The notes beneath the pieces were generated by a model. That model was not told where the DNA came from and ran no database searches. It saw only the letters and a program-made list of their open reading frames with translations. The position numbers were made by a program, and so were the translations under genes. Positions 1 to 12,059 of a DNA stretch of 64,000 bases are shown in pieces. Source of the DNA: Camelus ferus (taxonomy: Eukaryota); contig NC_045707.1 of the NCBI RefSeq assembly GCF_009834535.1, positions 49,106,001 through 49,170,000 on the forward strand, read 5' to 3'. The first letter of the stretch is position 1. Each line of letters begins with the position of its first letter.

Positions 1-939
1 TGTTTCAAAAATAGTATGATGCAAAACTTCTTTGTGGTAAAACTGGAAGTTCTAATAACATTTTTCCCATTGGTTGATAATATCAAAATTTAGGGTCTAA
101 ATACTTATTATTCTTGTCAGATCATCTTCTCATAGATCCCAAAATGGAAAGCATTGTTAATTGCTTCAGTATGACTTATTGCTGTAATTCAGGACAACTT
201 GGCTGATGTGATGATTTATTTGTACCAAGCTAAGGAGATTTCATATCAGGCCCATTTACAAGTAGAGACTGCATTAGAGGAGCAAGGCAGTAAGTAGGCT
301 GTATAGGAAGGAGTTCAAAAAAGAGCCATGGGATGGAAAAGGCAGCTGTGCAATATTCAGAATTTCAGGTAAATAAAATAAATATTAGAAGGAGGAAACT
401 AATGACCATGGATAGGGGGCCTTGCTTTGCACTGGAATTTAGATGAAAGGCTTCTATGTACATTTATAGGAATCTGAAAAAGCTACCTAGGTCCCCAGAT
501 GCAACTGGGACATAGTGGAAGTTGGCAACTTACTGAAATCAGAATGTGTAGCAGTGACCAAAGCCCAGAAACCTAAATCTTAGTGATGCTCATACTAATG
601 GCTGAGATAGAAGACTCAGGCTCTGAAATAAGGCATTAGAGTACTATTAGCACAAAAGGATGAAATTTTGTTAATGCAGAAACATAGTAGTCAGCACAGG
701 GATTAAATGCCCCTACTCAATGACTAGGGATCCAAAGTAGGAATGCAGTTGTCACTTATGGACACAGTACCTTGGGTCGTCTAGAGTTTGAGGTAGAGAC
801 CGTCTGTTCTGCCTCATGTCTGCACTGGCCTGCACCCTCACAGGGTGAGGATGACATGGGATCAAAGGAAACTAGCAAAGTAGTTTATCTTTTTTGTTTA
901 AACACTGTTTTGTTTTTTTTTTTCACTGTAACAAATTAT

Positions 940-1065
940 CTGCATTCTTTCATTCAACCAATAGTTACTTGATTGCTTCTTAAATGTTACTCTGAGCCAG
1001 ATACTGTCAAGCAAGCAATAAGTAAGATAGACTTAGTCCATGCCCTCAAGTCCTTGCTTTAGTTG
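940..1065 (-). mobile_element. L2 LINE 3'-end relic
   Basis: cattcttt-cattcaaccaatagttacttgattgctt...agacttagtccatgccctcaag resembles the reverse complement of the L2 3' end; boundaries approximate. Confidence 0.6.
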
Positions 1066-1279
1066 TAACTTCCGTAATTTATTATCCTATATGGAATGAA
1101 AATTTAAAATATTCTTTTACTCTGATGCTCATTCTATCTTGAAACATTTTTATATTTCAATCTGACATGAAATGCATTTAGAGGGATTTTTAACGGACTG
1201 AGGAACTGCCCAATGGTCAGAGGGCTCTTTCCTTCTGTTAACAGTCTGGGGTCATTCTAGTTCTAAGTGGTCACACACT

Positions 1280-1452
1280 CACAGTTGGAAGGGGTGCTAA
1301 TTATTTTCTAGATGAACCTCCTCATTTTATATGTCTGAGGCCCAGAGAAGATATAACATGCCAAAATTTATGTAAAAAAAAAAATAGTCATCTCAGCCAG
1401 GATTAGAATGGGAATCTCCTGATATCATAGATGAATGCATTTTCTCCCATGG
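1280..1452 (-). mobile_element. MIR-family SINE relic
   Basis: cctcctcattttata...ctgaggcccagagaag...ccaggattagaa, a MIR core in reverse orientation. Confidence 0.65.
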
Positions 1453-3929
1453 TGCTGCCTAACAGGCTTCATACTAAAAGCCACATCTTAAAATCTGTGT
1501 TTGTCAATCACATCAGTACACACCCTGCCATTCCCTTTAAATTAGAGCCTTCATGTTATTTCTCTAGGAAAAATGTCTTTCATTTACTTGGTATTTCAAC
1601 ACATAAAAGGAACTGCTGAGAAAGAAAATGAGACCACTGAAAGCTATTAAAAATAAAGAAAAAAATTATGCTATACATTTCAACATGAGACATCAAAGTT
1701 TGTAGTTAGTATTTGTATATTAAAAAAAATGTTGGCACAGTTAAAAAGGAGATTTTTTTTTTCAAAATCGAAAGACTTTGGATAGAAAAGTTGTTTGAGT
1801 AAAAGATCAATTGTGTTCACAGGTACATCACTTATCATTTTTCCTCTGTTTTCATTAGTCAGAAATATTTCTACGTGAGAATCAGAAAAATCTGAAGAAA
1901 ATTGGTGTGGGAAAAGGGGAGTGGAGAGGCAGGCACCTCTTTGCTTAACTGGCCATTGGTATAGTTCTCTGTTGGTTATTGGTGTTCCTGCTGGCAAACA
2001 GTGGTTGGCCAGGGGTAGCTCTACACAGCAGGTGAACAATCACTGGCTCCTATAATACATGTGAAGTTCCTCCTGATGTCTTACTGCCCTGAGGTGACCC
2101 TCAGTCTTTATCCCTACTTCAGCTATCTGCCTTTCTTTTCCCTCACATTTCCACATAGGAGAAATCAGTTCAACATGCAGCTCAAGAGCAGTATGAAAGT
2201 TAAAGGAGGCACAAGAATGATAATACAAGCACATTACTGCCTCATATCTCATTGAGCTTTATGCTTTATACAGCATCTTGGTTAGTCCTTTCTCAGAATG
2301 CTTCACTGTCAATCATTGTGAGGAGTGAGCTCCTTGGCACTACAGAATTCCCCCTCCAACCACCTGAGCAGAGTTGTCCTCAAGGCTCATTTGCTCCTGA
2401 TTACAATCCAGTTTTGACATTGTAGCCTGAGGCCTCCAAACCAATAGGGGTCACTGTGGATTCCACTGGAGAGCTGCAGCCTCAGTGCTAGCCACTTATT
2501 AAAGTATTTATGATAAGAATTTTTGGCCAGGAGAACTTCTCTGAAAACCCTTTTGGGATTTTGAGTGGACTGCTGTGTAGATTAATCATACCAGGTGTCT
2601 GAATACTTGAGTTTCAGTCTGAATATGCCTCTAACATCAAAGCTAGCTTCTTCCTCTATTCTTTTCATTTTATTATTCTCAACTACCACCCAAAATGCAA
2701 ACTCCCTTAGTCATCTATGCTCTATCACATGCAGACACTGTTCTGAGCATTGTGGATGCAGAGGTAACACAAGGGTACATGAAACATACACATTCAACTA
2801 ATAAGCTATAGCTAGTGTATTAAGGAATCTCGAATCTATGGTATAAAAATATGATTTTTTTTTCTCTTATCTGCTGTTGAATTTTTTTTTTTTTTTGCAA
2901 CTTAATCCTTTCTTGGAAAGATTCCATATTTCTCTGGTAATTAAATGTTTATGAAATGCTACCTTTTTCCAGTTTAAAACTCCAGTCTCATATGTGATTC
3001 ATAACCTTACAACTCTCCTTTGCTTCTGTAGGTAATAGCTCTTTCAAATTATTGGGAGCAGGAAGAAGTGAGAGGCAAAGAGACAAGTGCCTCTTTCCCC
3101 AACTTGTGTTTGTTTATTGTCATTTTTCTGACAAGTATTACTCGGCAGCTGGTGCCTTTTGAATAGCAGGTATCCAATTCTTGCCTTTCTTGTCAGGCTG
3201 TGGTATGAAATTTTCACAGGACATTCTGAGGTCTCTGACCATAGAAACCAAAAATTTGGAGAAAATATAATTCTAAGGCTACATCTTTCATTGCCTCAGC
3301 TCCCACCACCAGTGGGACACTCCACAGATGCTCCCTGCTGGTATCACTTGGTTTTGCTGCCATCAAAATAGCTAAAGTTCAACTACACTATAAGGTGCTG
3401 CTCATGGGAAATATCCACATACTTGCCTCACCAATCAGTAAGATTGCAGATGGGTCCAGTGCTGTCTCTCCTCTCGCCAAGCCATTTTCCCCGTCTTCAG
3501 GTAGGCACATTGTCATAACAGCCTGAGTAGACATACAGTGGGGAATGGAATGCTAATATCTCCTTCTTGCAGACACCCTCAATTTCTGCGCTTTATCATA
3601 GTTGGGTTTAGGAGGGGATGAGGAAAACACGTCCTTCTCTGTTCCTCAGTCATCTTTATAGATTCTTTATGGGACAGCTGTGTATTGTGGTATTGAGAGT
3701 ATGGCCAGTGGTTTTGCCTCTGAACAAAACTTAAAGAGAATTGCTAGTTATAGATTTAAAAAATGATTTCCTTAAGAAATTAAAATAATATAGGGATATT
3801 TAATATCACTTGTTTCCAACTGTGAGAGCAAGTTGCCAAAGAACAACAGTAAGTCCTAATCAATATTCTGTACTAACCAAATAATAAATAGGTACATATC
3901 ATATAATAAGAGATATAAGAAAATAAAGC

Positions 3930-4400
3930 AAGGTTATATGACAGGGCTATTAGATTGAGAGATTACAAAAGTTCTCAGGGAGGACACATTTAGCAGACTC
4001 AAATGACTATAAGGGTCAATGATACAGACACCTGGGGGGAAGGAGGGCACAGATAGTTGTAGGCAGAAGAAATAACTAGTGAGCAGGTAAAAACTTCCCA
4101 GATTGAAAATAAATCTAGCATATATGAAGAAGGGAAAAAAATCAATGTGGCTGCAGCAAGGTTTCAGGGTAGAAAGATATGAGGCTGGTTGAAGACAGAG
4201 AGAGAGAGATGATAGAGATTTAAAACAGGGATGTGAAGTCCCCTTGATGGAACTGGGAGACATTTCAAGGTAAAGTTAAAAGAATTTGCTGATGGATTAG
4301 ATGTAGGCACAAGCAGCAAGAGCTTGGCTTTTACTTCAACAGCTGTAAAGATGATTGTACCATTAATTGAAATGACAAAGACTAGGGGAAGGACAGACTG
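3930..4400 (-). mobile_element. L2 LINE relic
   Basis: Purine-rich L2 antisense phrases such as gaatttgctgatggattagatgtagg and ccattaattgaaatgacaaagactagggg. Confidence 0.6.
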
Positions 4401-4412
4401 TTTTTTGCTGTT

Positions 4413-4797
4413 TGTATTAGTTTACTAGGGCTGCCTGGATGAAGTACCATATAGTGGATGGCTTAAACAACAGAAGTTTCATTTCTCACAGTTCTGGAGG
4501 CTAGAAATCTGAGACCTAGTTGTCAGCAGGGTTGTCTTCTGAGACCTTTCTCCTTGGCTTATAAATGATTGCCTTTTCCCTGCATTTTCACATAGTCTTC
4601 CTACTGTACCTGTCGGTGTCCAAATTTCCTTTTCTTATAAAGGTATCAGTTATACTGGATTAGAACCAACCTTAGTGATAATTTTACCTTAATTATCTCT
4701 CTAAAGACCCTCCCTCCAAATATAATTACATTCTGAGGTATCAGGGGTTAGGGCTTCAATATACAAATTTTTAGGGGACACAATTCAGCCCATAACA
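4413..4797 (-). mobile_element. MLT1B-like MaLR solo LTR
   Basis: Starts tgtattagtttactagggctgcc, contains ggcttaaacaacagaa and ctcacagttctggaggctagaa, ends gacacaattcagcccataaca; TG...CA termini, 385 bp. Confidence 0.9.
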
Positions 4798-4885
4798 TTG
4801 CTGTTGTTGATTTGTATGTCTGGGAAGAAATGAGGAAATCAAGAGCTGTGTTTTGCAAATTTCTTTAGGACAATTAAGAAGAGGT

Positions 4886-4941
4886 AAGAAGTAGGACTAT
4901 AACTCAATAAAAAAAAAAGTTTAAAAAAAAAGAAGTAGGAC
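4886..4941 (+). mobile_element. Ultra-short 5'-truncated young L1 insertion with TSD
   Basis: 12-bp direct repeat aagaagtaggac (4886-4897, 4930-4941) flanking tataactcaataaa plus an A-rich tail; resembles the L1 3' terminus at 5521-5550 read on the minus strand. Confidence 0.8.
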
Positions 4942-5289
4942 AACGTAGATACTTTACACATCATATACTAAAGTAGTGGTAGCAGTCCTCTGTTTCCCCA
5001 AGTATCACCAGACAATATAACCTCCTCTTCATGGAAAACTCTGTATATGCAGTTTGTGCCAGCAGTCTAATCTATTCTACATGTCAATGTCTTCCTATGT
5101 TTGGGGCTCATATTTTTTTCTCTCCTGAGAACTTTGACACCTGATTCACAATTACCCTCTCCACTGTAACTACTGCCATCACTATGGGTGTGATTTCAAC
5201 AGTGATGAGGACAAACCTACCAACATCATAGTCTCATTACTCTTAAGTAACTTGGACTCTTCCATTTATTCCACAAATGGTCATTGTGT

Positions 5290-5420
5290 ACATACAATCG
5301 TATCATTCTCTTGGAAAATGCTGGGGGCGTACAAAGATGGGTAATATCGACTCTCTGCCCTCCGAAAGTTTCTGGTCTTGAGGAGGAAAGAGACAAGTAA
5401 AAAACTATATTATAAAATAA
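5290..5420 (-). mobile_element. L2 relic
   Basis: tgctggggg...acaaagatg...ctctgccctc...agtttctggtct...gagacaagtaaa, typical L2 antisense. Confidence 0.5.
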
Positions 5421-5464
5421 ATTTATTATTTTTATATATTAACTCAATAAACAGTAAATAATAT

Positions 5465-5918
5465 TATTTAACACTGTTGCATGTTATTATCCTGTATGCT
5501 TAACATATATTAACTCTTTTTTTTAAACATTTTTTATTGATTCATAATCATTTTACAATGTTGTCAAATTCCAGGGTAGAGCTCAATTTTTCAATTATAC
5601 ATGAACATATATATATTCATTGTCACATTTTTTTCCTCTGTGAGCTAACATAAGATCTTGTATATATTTCCCTGTGCTGTACAGTATAATCTTGTTTATC
5701 TATTCTACATTTTGAAAGCCCAGTCTATCCCTTCCCACTATATTAACTCTTTTTAATACTCACAAGGTAGAATTCATCATTATTTTGCAGTTGGAAAACT
5801 GAGCTATTAAGAGGTCAAATAAGTTGTCCAAGGTCACACACAGCTTACAAGTGTCAAAACTGAGACTTGAACCTAAGTAGTCCGTCTCCAGATTCATTCA
5901 ACCACTACACCATGCTAC
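5465..5918 (-). mobile_element. MIR SINE interrupted by a young L1 fragment
   Basis: ttttgcagttggaaaactgag...aagttgtccaaggtcacaca...gagacttgaacctaag is a MIR core; the element is split at 5506-5753. Confidence 0.75.
5506..5753 (-). mobile_element. Young 5'-truncated L1 3'UTR (camelid-type) with TSD
   Basis: Poly-T plus ttttattga (reverse poly(A) signal), L1 3'UTR phrases (tttccctgtgctgtacagta, tctatcccttccc); 15-bp TSD tatattaactctttt at 5506-5520 and 5739-5753. Confidence 0.88.
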
Positions 5919-6699
5919 CTTTTTGGTAAGTACAATTTTGGAACAAATCTAAATTGTCATCCTTAATGTGATAACTATATGCCTAATCCTGCCTAGCATA
6001 AAGAAATGGCAGCTGCACTACCTGGTCAGGCCAGCCTAGGGTCCAGAGCAGTCTCCCTTCCTGCCACCAGCCTGACAATTTGACAGTCAGTCATCCATGC
6101 CCTGCCAATAACACACCAGGGAGAAAAAAGAGGTTTGGGCATCACAAGGGTAAGACTTTGGTAAAGATGTTAGAATAACATGCAATAAAATTGGTTGGAG
6201 CTTTAGTGAATAGATCACCTTCTCAAGAAGGGCTCTCCTTTAGTATTATGGGCAAGCCAGGACTTGCCCCAAGAGTGTGAATGGACCTGAGGCTAAAGAT
6301 AAAGGGAGCAGAAACACTAAGGTGAAAAAGCCAGAAGCAGAATGGAGCCCACTGTTCCTGATAATGCGTGCAATCTAGGACAGTTCCCTCACTTGCCTCC
6401 AGACTAAAACGGATCCCATTTCTCTGCAAGGAAAATTCCTGCTCTGGCTCTATACTGCTTATATTCAGCAGAAGCACTTAAAGTTAAAATTAAATTTGGA
6501 AGCTCTTTAAAAAAATCAGACACAGGCCAAGGACAGTAAGTGAATGAAAATCTTTTTGAAAATTTTGTTGATGATGGAAAATCTGGCACAGGAAACATGC
6601 CTGGCAGTAAACATATCTGTTATAACAAGGAATTAAATGTCGCATGACAACGTTCTTTGCTTTATAATGGATTAGGTATGTCTTTGCTAGTAACGATTT

Positions 6700-7330
6700 C
6701 TGGAAATACATTTATTGAGAGATAATCACTTGTATGTCTACACTAGGTGCTATGGGAATACGAATGAATCTGAGGTCTGAGGTGTGTATTTGGGGTAGGA
6801 GAGTTGTGGAGGAGGTGTGTGACTCATGCCTTGAAAGAGGAGGGATATTTGAGTAAGGGACAAAGTACACACAAACAGCATGAACTAAGGCACTGAGAAA
6901 AGACTAAGTCAGTACTAAGTATCTGGAAGAGTCTGCTCTGATTCATTTAGAGAGAGTACACAGGAGACTTTGAGGAGTGTTGGAATACTGCAAAGTTTGT
7001 AGCATAGTGGAAGGTTAAGAATAGTGCTCCTGAATCTCAGATTTGACTCAACTTTGCAACATAGAGGTGGTGAGACTCAAAGGTTACCTCTCACAACCTC
7101 AGATTCTTCATTTTTTAAAACCTCTGTGAATTAATGAGATAATGTGACACATTTAGCCCAATACGTACCTTTTCTTGTTTTTCTAAAAGTAGCAAGGGCT
7201 GGTATGTGAAAGCCTTGGAAAATGTGTGAGGTTGGATTTGATACTGTAAATAGTGCTACATTCTTGAGCAGAAAAAAGTGACCAATTCTGAATAAATTGG
7301 TTAAGATTTAATCTGATAGCACAATGACAC
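6700..7330. mobile_element. L2 relic (minus) with nested MIR (~7000-7165, plus)
   Basis: aaatacatttattgaga...cactaggtgctatggg (L2) and gcatagtggaaggttaaga...aacctcagattcttcatt...aatgagataatg (MIR). Confidence 0.55.
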
Positions 7331-9159
7331 TAAATTGAAGAAGAATAAGAATAATATATGACTTTGATCTCTTGCCAGGGATGTGAATTTTATAAAGATA
7401 TACTCCTTAATTAGAAATTGGAAAAACCACCTCTTGGTTTTTCAGAAATTCTTTATTTAAAATTTCCAGTTTTTCAATACTTTAGGCACTTAAACTGCTC
7501 CCCTTTTTTTCTTTCTCCTTGGGACCATTTTATTAAGTATACACGTCTTCACAGGGACAGAACAGGGACTTGGAAAGGAGGTACAATCCAAATTAGATTT
7601 TCCACTTGCCTGGAGAAGTATAACACTTTTGACCAATTCAAGACTTCTTTGTGGTTCTCATTGTTTTTCAATATACCATTTTCCCTGCATGTAATTTATG
7701 GATTACTCTCCTGTGCTTTGGAGGAAGGGACAGTGAAGGAAATGACCACACAATGGACAATTATGCAATTTCAGAGCACAACTCTCTGGTACATATTAAG
7801 TATTTTGAATTTAATTAGTAACTTAAAAGATCAAATTGTGTATTATTCCAATTATGCAAAGCTGTATTGAAAATAAATGATGTGTGTATCTTATTCTTTT
7901 TATAAGAACACTGCTAATTACTGAATAATGTTTAATGATTTGCAACTGGGTTAACCACATACATGGCATATTGTAATATACCAGGTTTTATAAAAACTCC
8001 AGGCAGTAAACAATCAAACATAATCTTCAAATGTATACATTTAATACAGAACTATGATTTCCTCTGGTTGGAAAATAGAATTATCCGATTATACTCCCAT
8101 TTAATTAAAAAAAAATTCCTATTACTACCAGAATAACTAAACTTTGCTTTAGCCAATTAAAATTTTCTTTGTATATTTTGGGGTTTTAATGTCTTAAATG
8201 CTGATTCCCTATTTGCAAAATCTGAAAAAAAAAAAAAAACTCATATCATGACATGATTTGAGAATAGAAATGTGATATGTTTCTGATGATAGTTGTGAAA
8301 AACATTAGTTAAGCCTCTAGCCTAACTTGAATTTATTTGCCTTTGCATTGATATAATGGCATATCAATCAGGCAGGATAGCAGGTTAATTTTTTTTTTCT
8401 TATTAGTTCATTTATTTGTGCCAAATTTATATTCAAATCCACAGCTGAAGTCAGAGTCATTGTCAGACTTACGGAAGACTTTCTTCAGTATTCCTTGCAA
8501 TCTTATTGGGTCACATTTTGAATCCACATTCCAGTTCTATCGTTCAAAATTTTTATTGCATTCTGATTTGCATAGATGTAACAAAATTAGTAACTAAGAC
8601 ATTGGTTGAAGAAATAAGACATTTATCTCTCCTCAAAAAAATTTTTAAAAGGTTAGGAAATATAAAGACCTGTAATGATTTTTCTTACCTTTCTCAGCAG
8701 TGTGACATTGGGCATTTACACTCTAGATGGCATCAGGATAGAATGCAAGCACCTCTCTGAAATCAGGTATTTCTGTGGCTTGTCAGATTCTAGGGAGGGT
8801 GGGAAAAAGAGCTGGCTGGGTAGAATGAACGTAGTGAAGAATTATGGGAAATGTAGTAGGAAATGGTAACTCAATACCAGAGATAACAGGGAAGAGGAAG
8901 GGACAATAACATGTGAAATGTCAGATCCTAGTGTCTGAACTGATTTGGCTGTGCCACTGTAGTGCTCACCTAGGAGAGTCAAATAGAGGAATCAGAGTAG
9001 AAGATTATATAATTATTTTATATAAGCCACTGTCACCTGCTTCTGGATTCGATGCCTTGGAAACTGTGTGTCAGCCTGGAGTGTTGAAACAGCTTGATGT
9101 GAAACTAACCTCCCTAAAGTACTGAATGAGATTTGCCAGTCCTGCAAAGAGCACTTCAG

Positions 9160-9542
9160 AAGGCATTGAAACTCTGTTTCACATGCACTGAGTATGTTTT
9201 GTTTGGCTCATATTGTATCTTTAGTTTTTTTTTAAGCCAACATGTTAATACTGTGATGTATCATGTAAATACTTAATTTCTGGATTTTCCTACAGATTGG
9301 TATATCTAGCAATGCTGAACCCAGATTTCCTTGTTGCTATAATAGACTGGAAATGAGAGAGGCATATCGTTGAGTACATCGTTCCTTCCGGTGTCCCCGA
9401 TACTGTGACCAATTATTGATTTGGGTTTATCATCAAACTTATAGTTATCTTTTAGTATTTTTAATAGTAGAAAAAAATTTTTAATGTTATTTTTTGTCAC
9501 CTTCTTAGGAATGTACTAGGGATCTGAATTCGAGACACCTGC
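9160..9542 (+). mobile_element. hAT-Charlie (Charlie4-like) DNA transposon relic
   Basis: tgttttgtttggc...gccaacat...atttctgg...atctagcaatgctgaacccagatttcc, ending gaattcgagacacctg. Confidence 0.55.
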
Positions 9543-9619
9543 ATTTTTGGCTCCCCATTATTCCTAGTCCATGATTAAGCTACTCAGCCTGACATACATT
9601 TATGTACTCTGGTTGTGTC

Positions 9620-9935
9620 TCAGTCATTCACTCATTCAGCACTAGTTTATTCAATGCCTATCATGGTGCCACAAACTGGAGTAGTGGTGGTGGCACTAGT
9701 GGAGGGGAAACAAGGGTGAAAAAGGCACAGTTCCTGGTCTCAAGGATCCCACAGTCTATGAAGACAGATTTCACAGAATTTTAATTCAATGAAATGATAG
9801 GTGTTCTAAAGGAGCATGTTTGTAAAATGTTATTGTTATAGAAATACACAGGAGATCAATATAAATTCACACCCAGTTGGGAGATTTAGGAAGCTTTGAC
9901 AGAGGAGATGGCACCGGAACCAAAAATCAGAAGAA
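9620..9935 (-). mobile_element. L2 3'-end relic
   Basis: cattcactcattcagcactagtttattcaatgcctatcatggtgcc...ggcacagttcctggtctcaagga. Confidence 0.65.
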
Positions 9936-12059
9936 CTTTATGAAGCCTAGTAGGTGAGCATTTAATGTTCATAAATTAATAATGATTTTCACAATTCTTT
10001 GATAATTCCTTTACTGGAAGCTACTCCTTGCTTTTGCTACGGAAGCAACCATACACTCCCAGGTCTCCCAATCCTCTTTCCCTCCTCTTCAAGATAAACT
10101 CTCTGGAGGTTCAACATTACTTCCACCTTCTTTCTGCTTCCTAAGAACCCTCAAAGCTCAAAGTGGCTCTATGCCATTCAACCAATTCCTGTTTAGCTAT
10201 TGCATGGATAAAATGATCTTGTGTTAGGTAATCTTAAAACTATTTGCAATTTGCATAACTATATATTTTCTGAGTTCTGACCTACTGCCTTGAATAATTT
10301 GGGGCATTTGTTGTAGGGTGTGTGTGTGTGTTTATGTGTATGTATTAAGAAGGTACAAAAATAGACATGATGGAACAGTTTCTGAACTCTTACGGAAATT
10401 TGAAATTTAAAAACATTGACATTGACAAATTATTTTCTAATGCAAGGAGTTATCATTAAAATCTTTTCCTGTAGAATCAGATCGTATGCTTCTTCTCATA
10501 TTCTATTTTTCTGAGTTAATTCAAGAATGATTATCTTTAGTAATGTATAATGTACAAGACAAAATTAATGAGTTTTGGGTGATTTGTTTTAAATGATCTG
10601 TTTATAAATCCCAGAAGAGATGGTATGTATAAAGACAATTGACAGAAGATGAATGGCCAACACTAGAATCTGTAGGAGAATTGATCAAAGCATAACTTAT
10701 AGCCTGGCCAATGGATTTGTTGGCTTTTGTTATGAAGCACATGCTATATGTTTCCCAATATAGACTTATTTATTATATCTTATCAAATGTTGAATTATTA
10801 TATTCATAATTTGAAAAAGAAAGTATAATCTTTATATCTGTTCTTGAATTATTAATTAGGATTAAGAAAATATATTTTTTCAAGTTTTCAAAGACATATA
10901 TAAATTAATATCTATCAAGTATCTATATAGTATCATATATGCAATATATATTTATATATATATATAAGTTCTTTTGTTGTCTATTAGGGAAAAAAAAAAC
11001 CTTCAAATGAACTATGTAAATGTCCCTTTAAAAGTAAACCACAAAGTATATAATAGCCTCCCCAAATATTCCTAAATTTAGTTATTTTAATGATTTCTAT
11101 CTTCTCTTTACATATCAGAAAAAAAAGTATCAATTTTACTTCAAACTCAAGAATTCTAAATACTTAACCTCTAAATAGTATTTAATTAAACATCTGGGCA
11201 TTTTAAGCCATGCACTTGTGTTTTAATTTCCCAACAATTCAACTTAATTCAACAGCATTAATTAATGAAAATTGATGTACTCTTTGTGAGGCACAGTACT
11301 ACTAATGTACTTGGTCCTGAATCATAATTTGAAAGCTGTCAATCAACGTATTGGATGAAGCAGCCTTGGCTCTACCTTTTAAAATAAGCCCAAAACTTAA
11401 TGGAGGAAGATTGAGTGGAGAACACTTTCCATTCAATTTTGGCTTCTTTGTGAAACACATTCACAATTGGTGCCAATGATTCTGGAATTCAGAGAAGAAA
11501 AGGAAATTCCAATTAGATTGCTGCCCGCATTCTTCTGTTGCTCCACTTGAATTGCTCTGTATAGTTTTGTAGTATTATCATGGTTACACTCTTGATTCCA
11601 CTATGTGGTAAAAATTTACGTCTTTTAAATGTGTATTGTTATAATATGAAACAGTCTTGGTTGTGAGACATTATTGGCTACTTGAATGAGTACAGAGTAA
11701 TAGCTGGAGTTACAGGCAGGAATCTATTGTACAAGATAATTATGGGCTACAAGAAACTGATTTGGCTTGAGAGACAATTCCAGAAAGCTTAGATGGCATC
11801 CCTGACCTTATAACATAGCACCCAAGTATCGTATGAAGCTTATGGTGCCAGGATATCCAACCATCTGAGCAGGGTACACGAGTGAGACATTTAATACAGT
11901 GATCATTATCTTATTTTCCAGCCATACAAAATCAACCTCCAGTCAGTAGATTAGGGAAAGTCTGGAACTAGTTTTATGGAAGTGAATGGCAAGATATATT
12001 GGGTTCAAGGGACACAGGAAAAGGAACTGAGTTTCAAGGTAAGTCTCTGCTTGGGAGCA

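Noticed and set aside
7418..7870. 150-aa ORF in unique DNA
   Set aside because: Starts at TTG, has an F/L/I-rich composition typical of chance AT-rich ORFs, and shows no recognisable domain or exon context.
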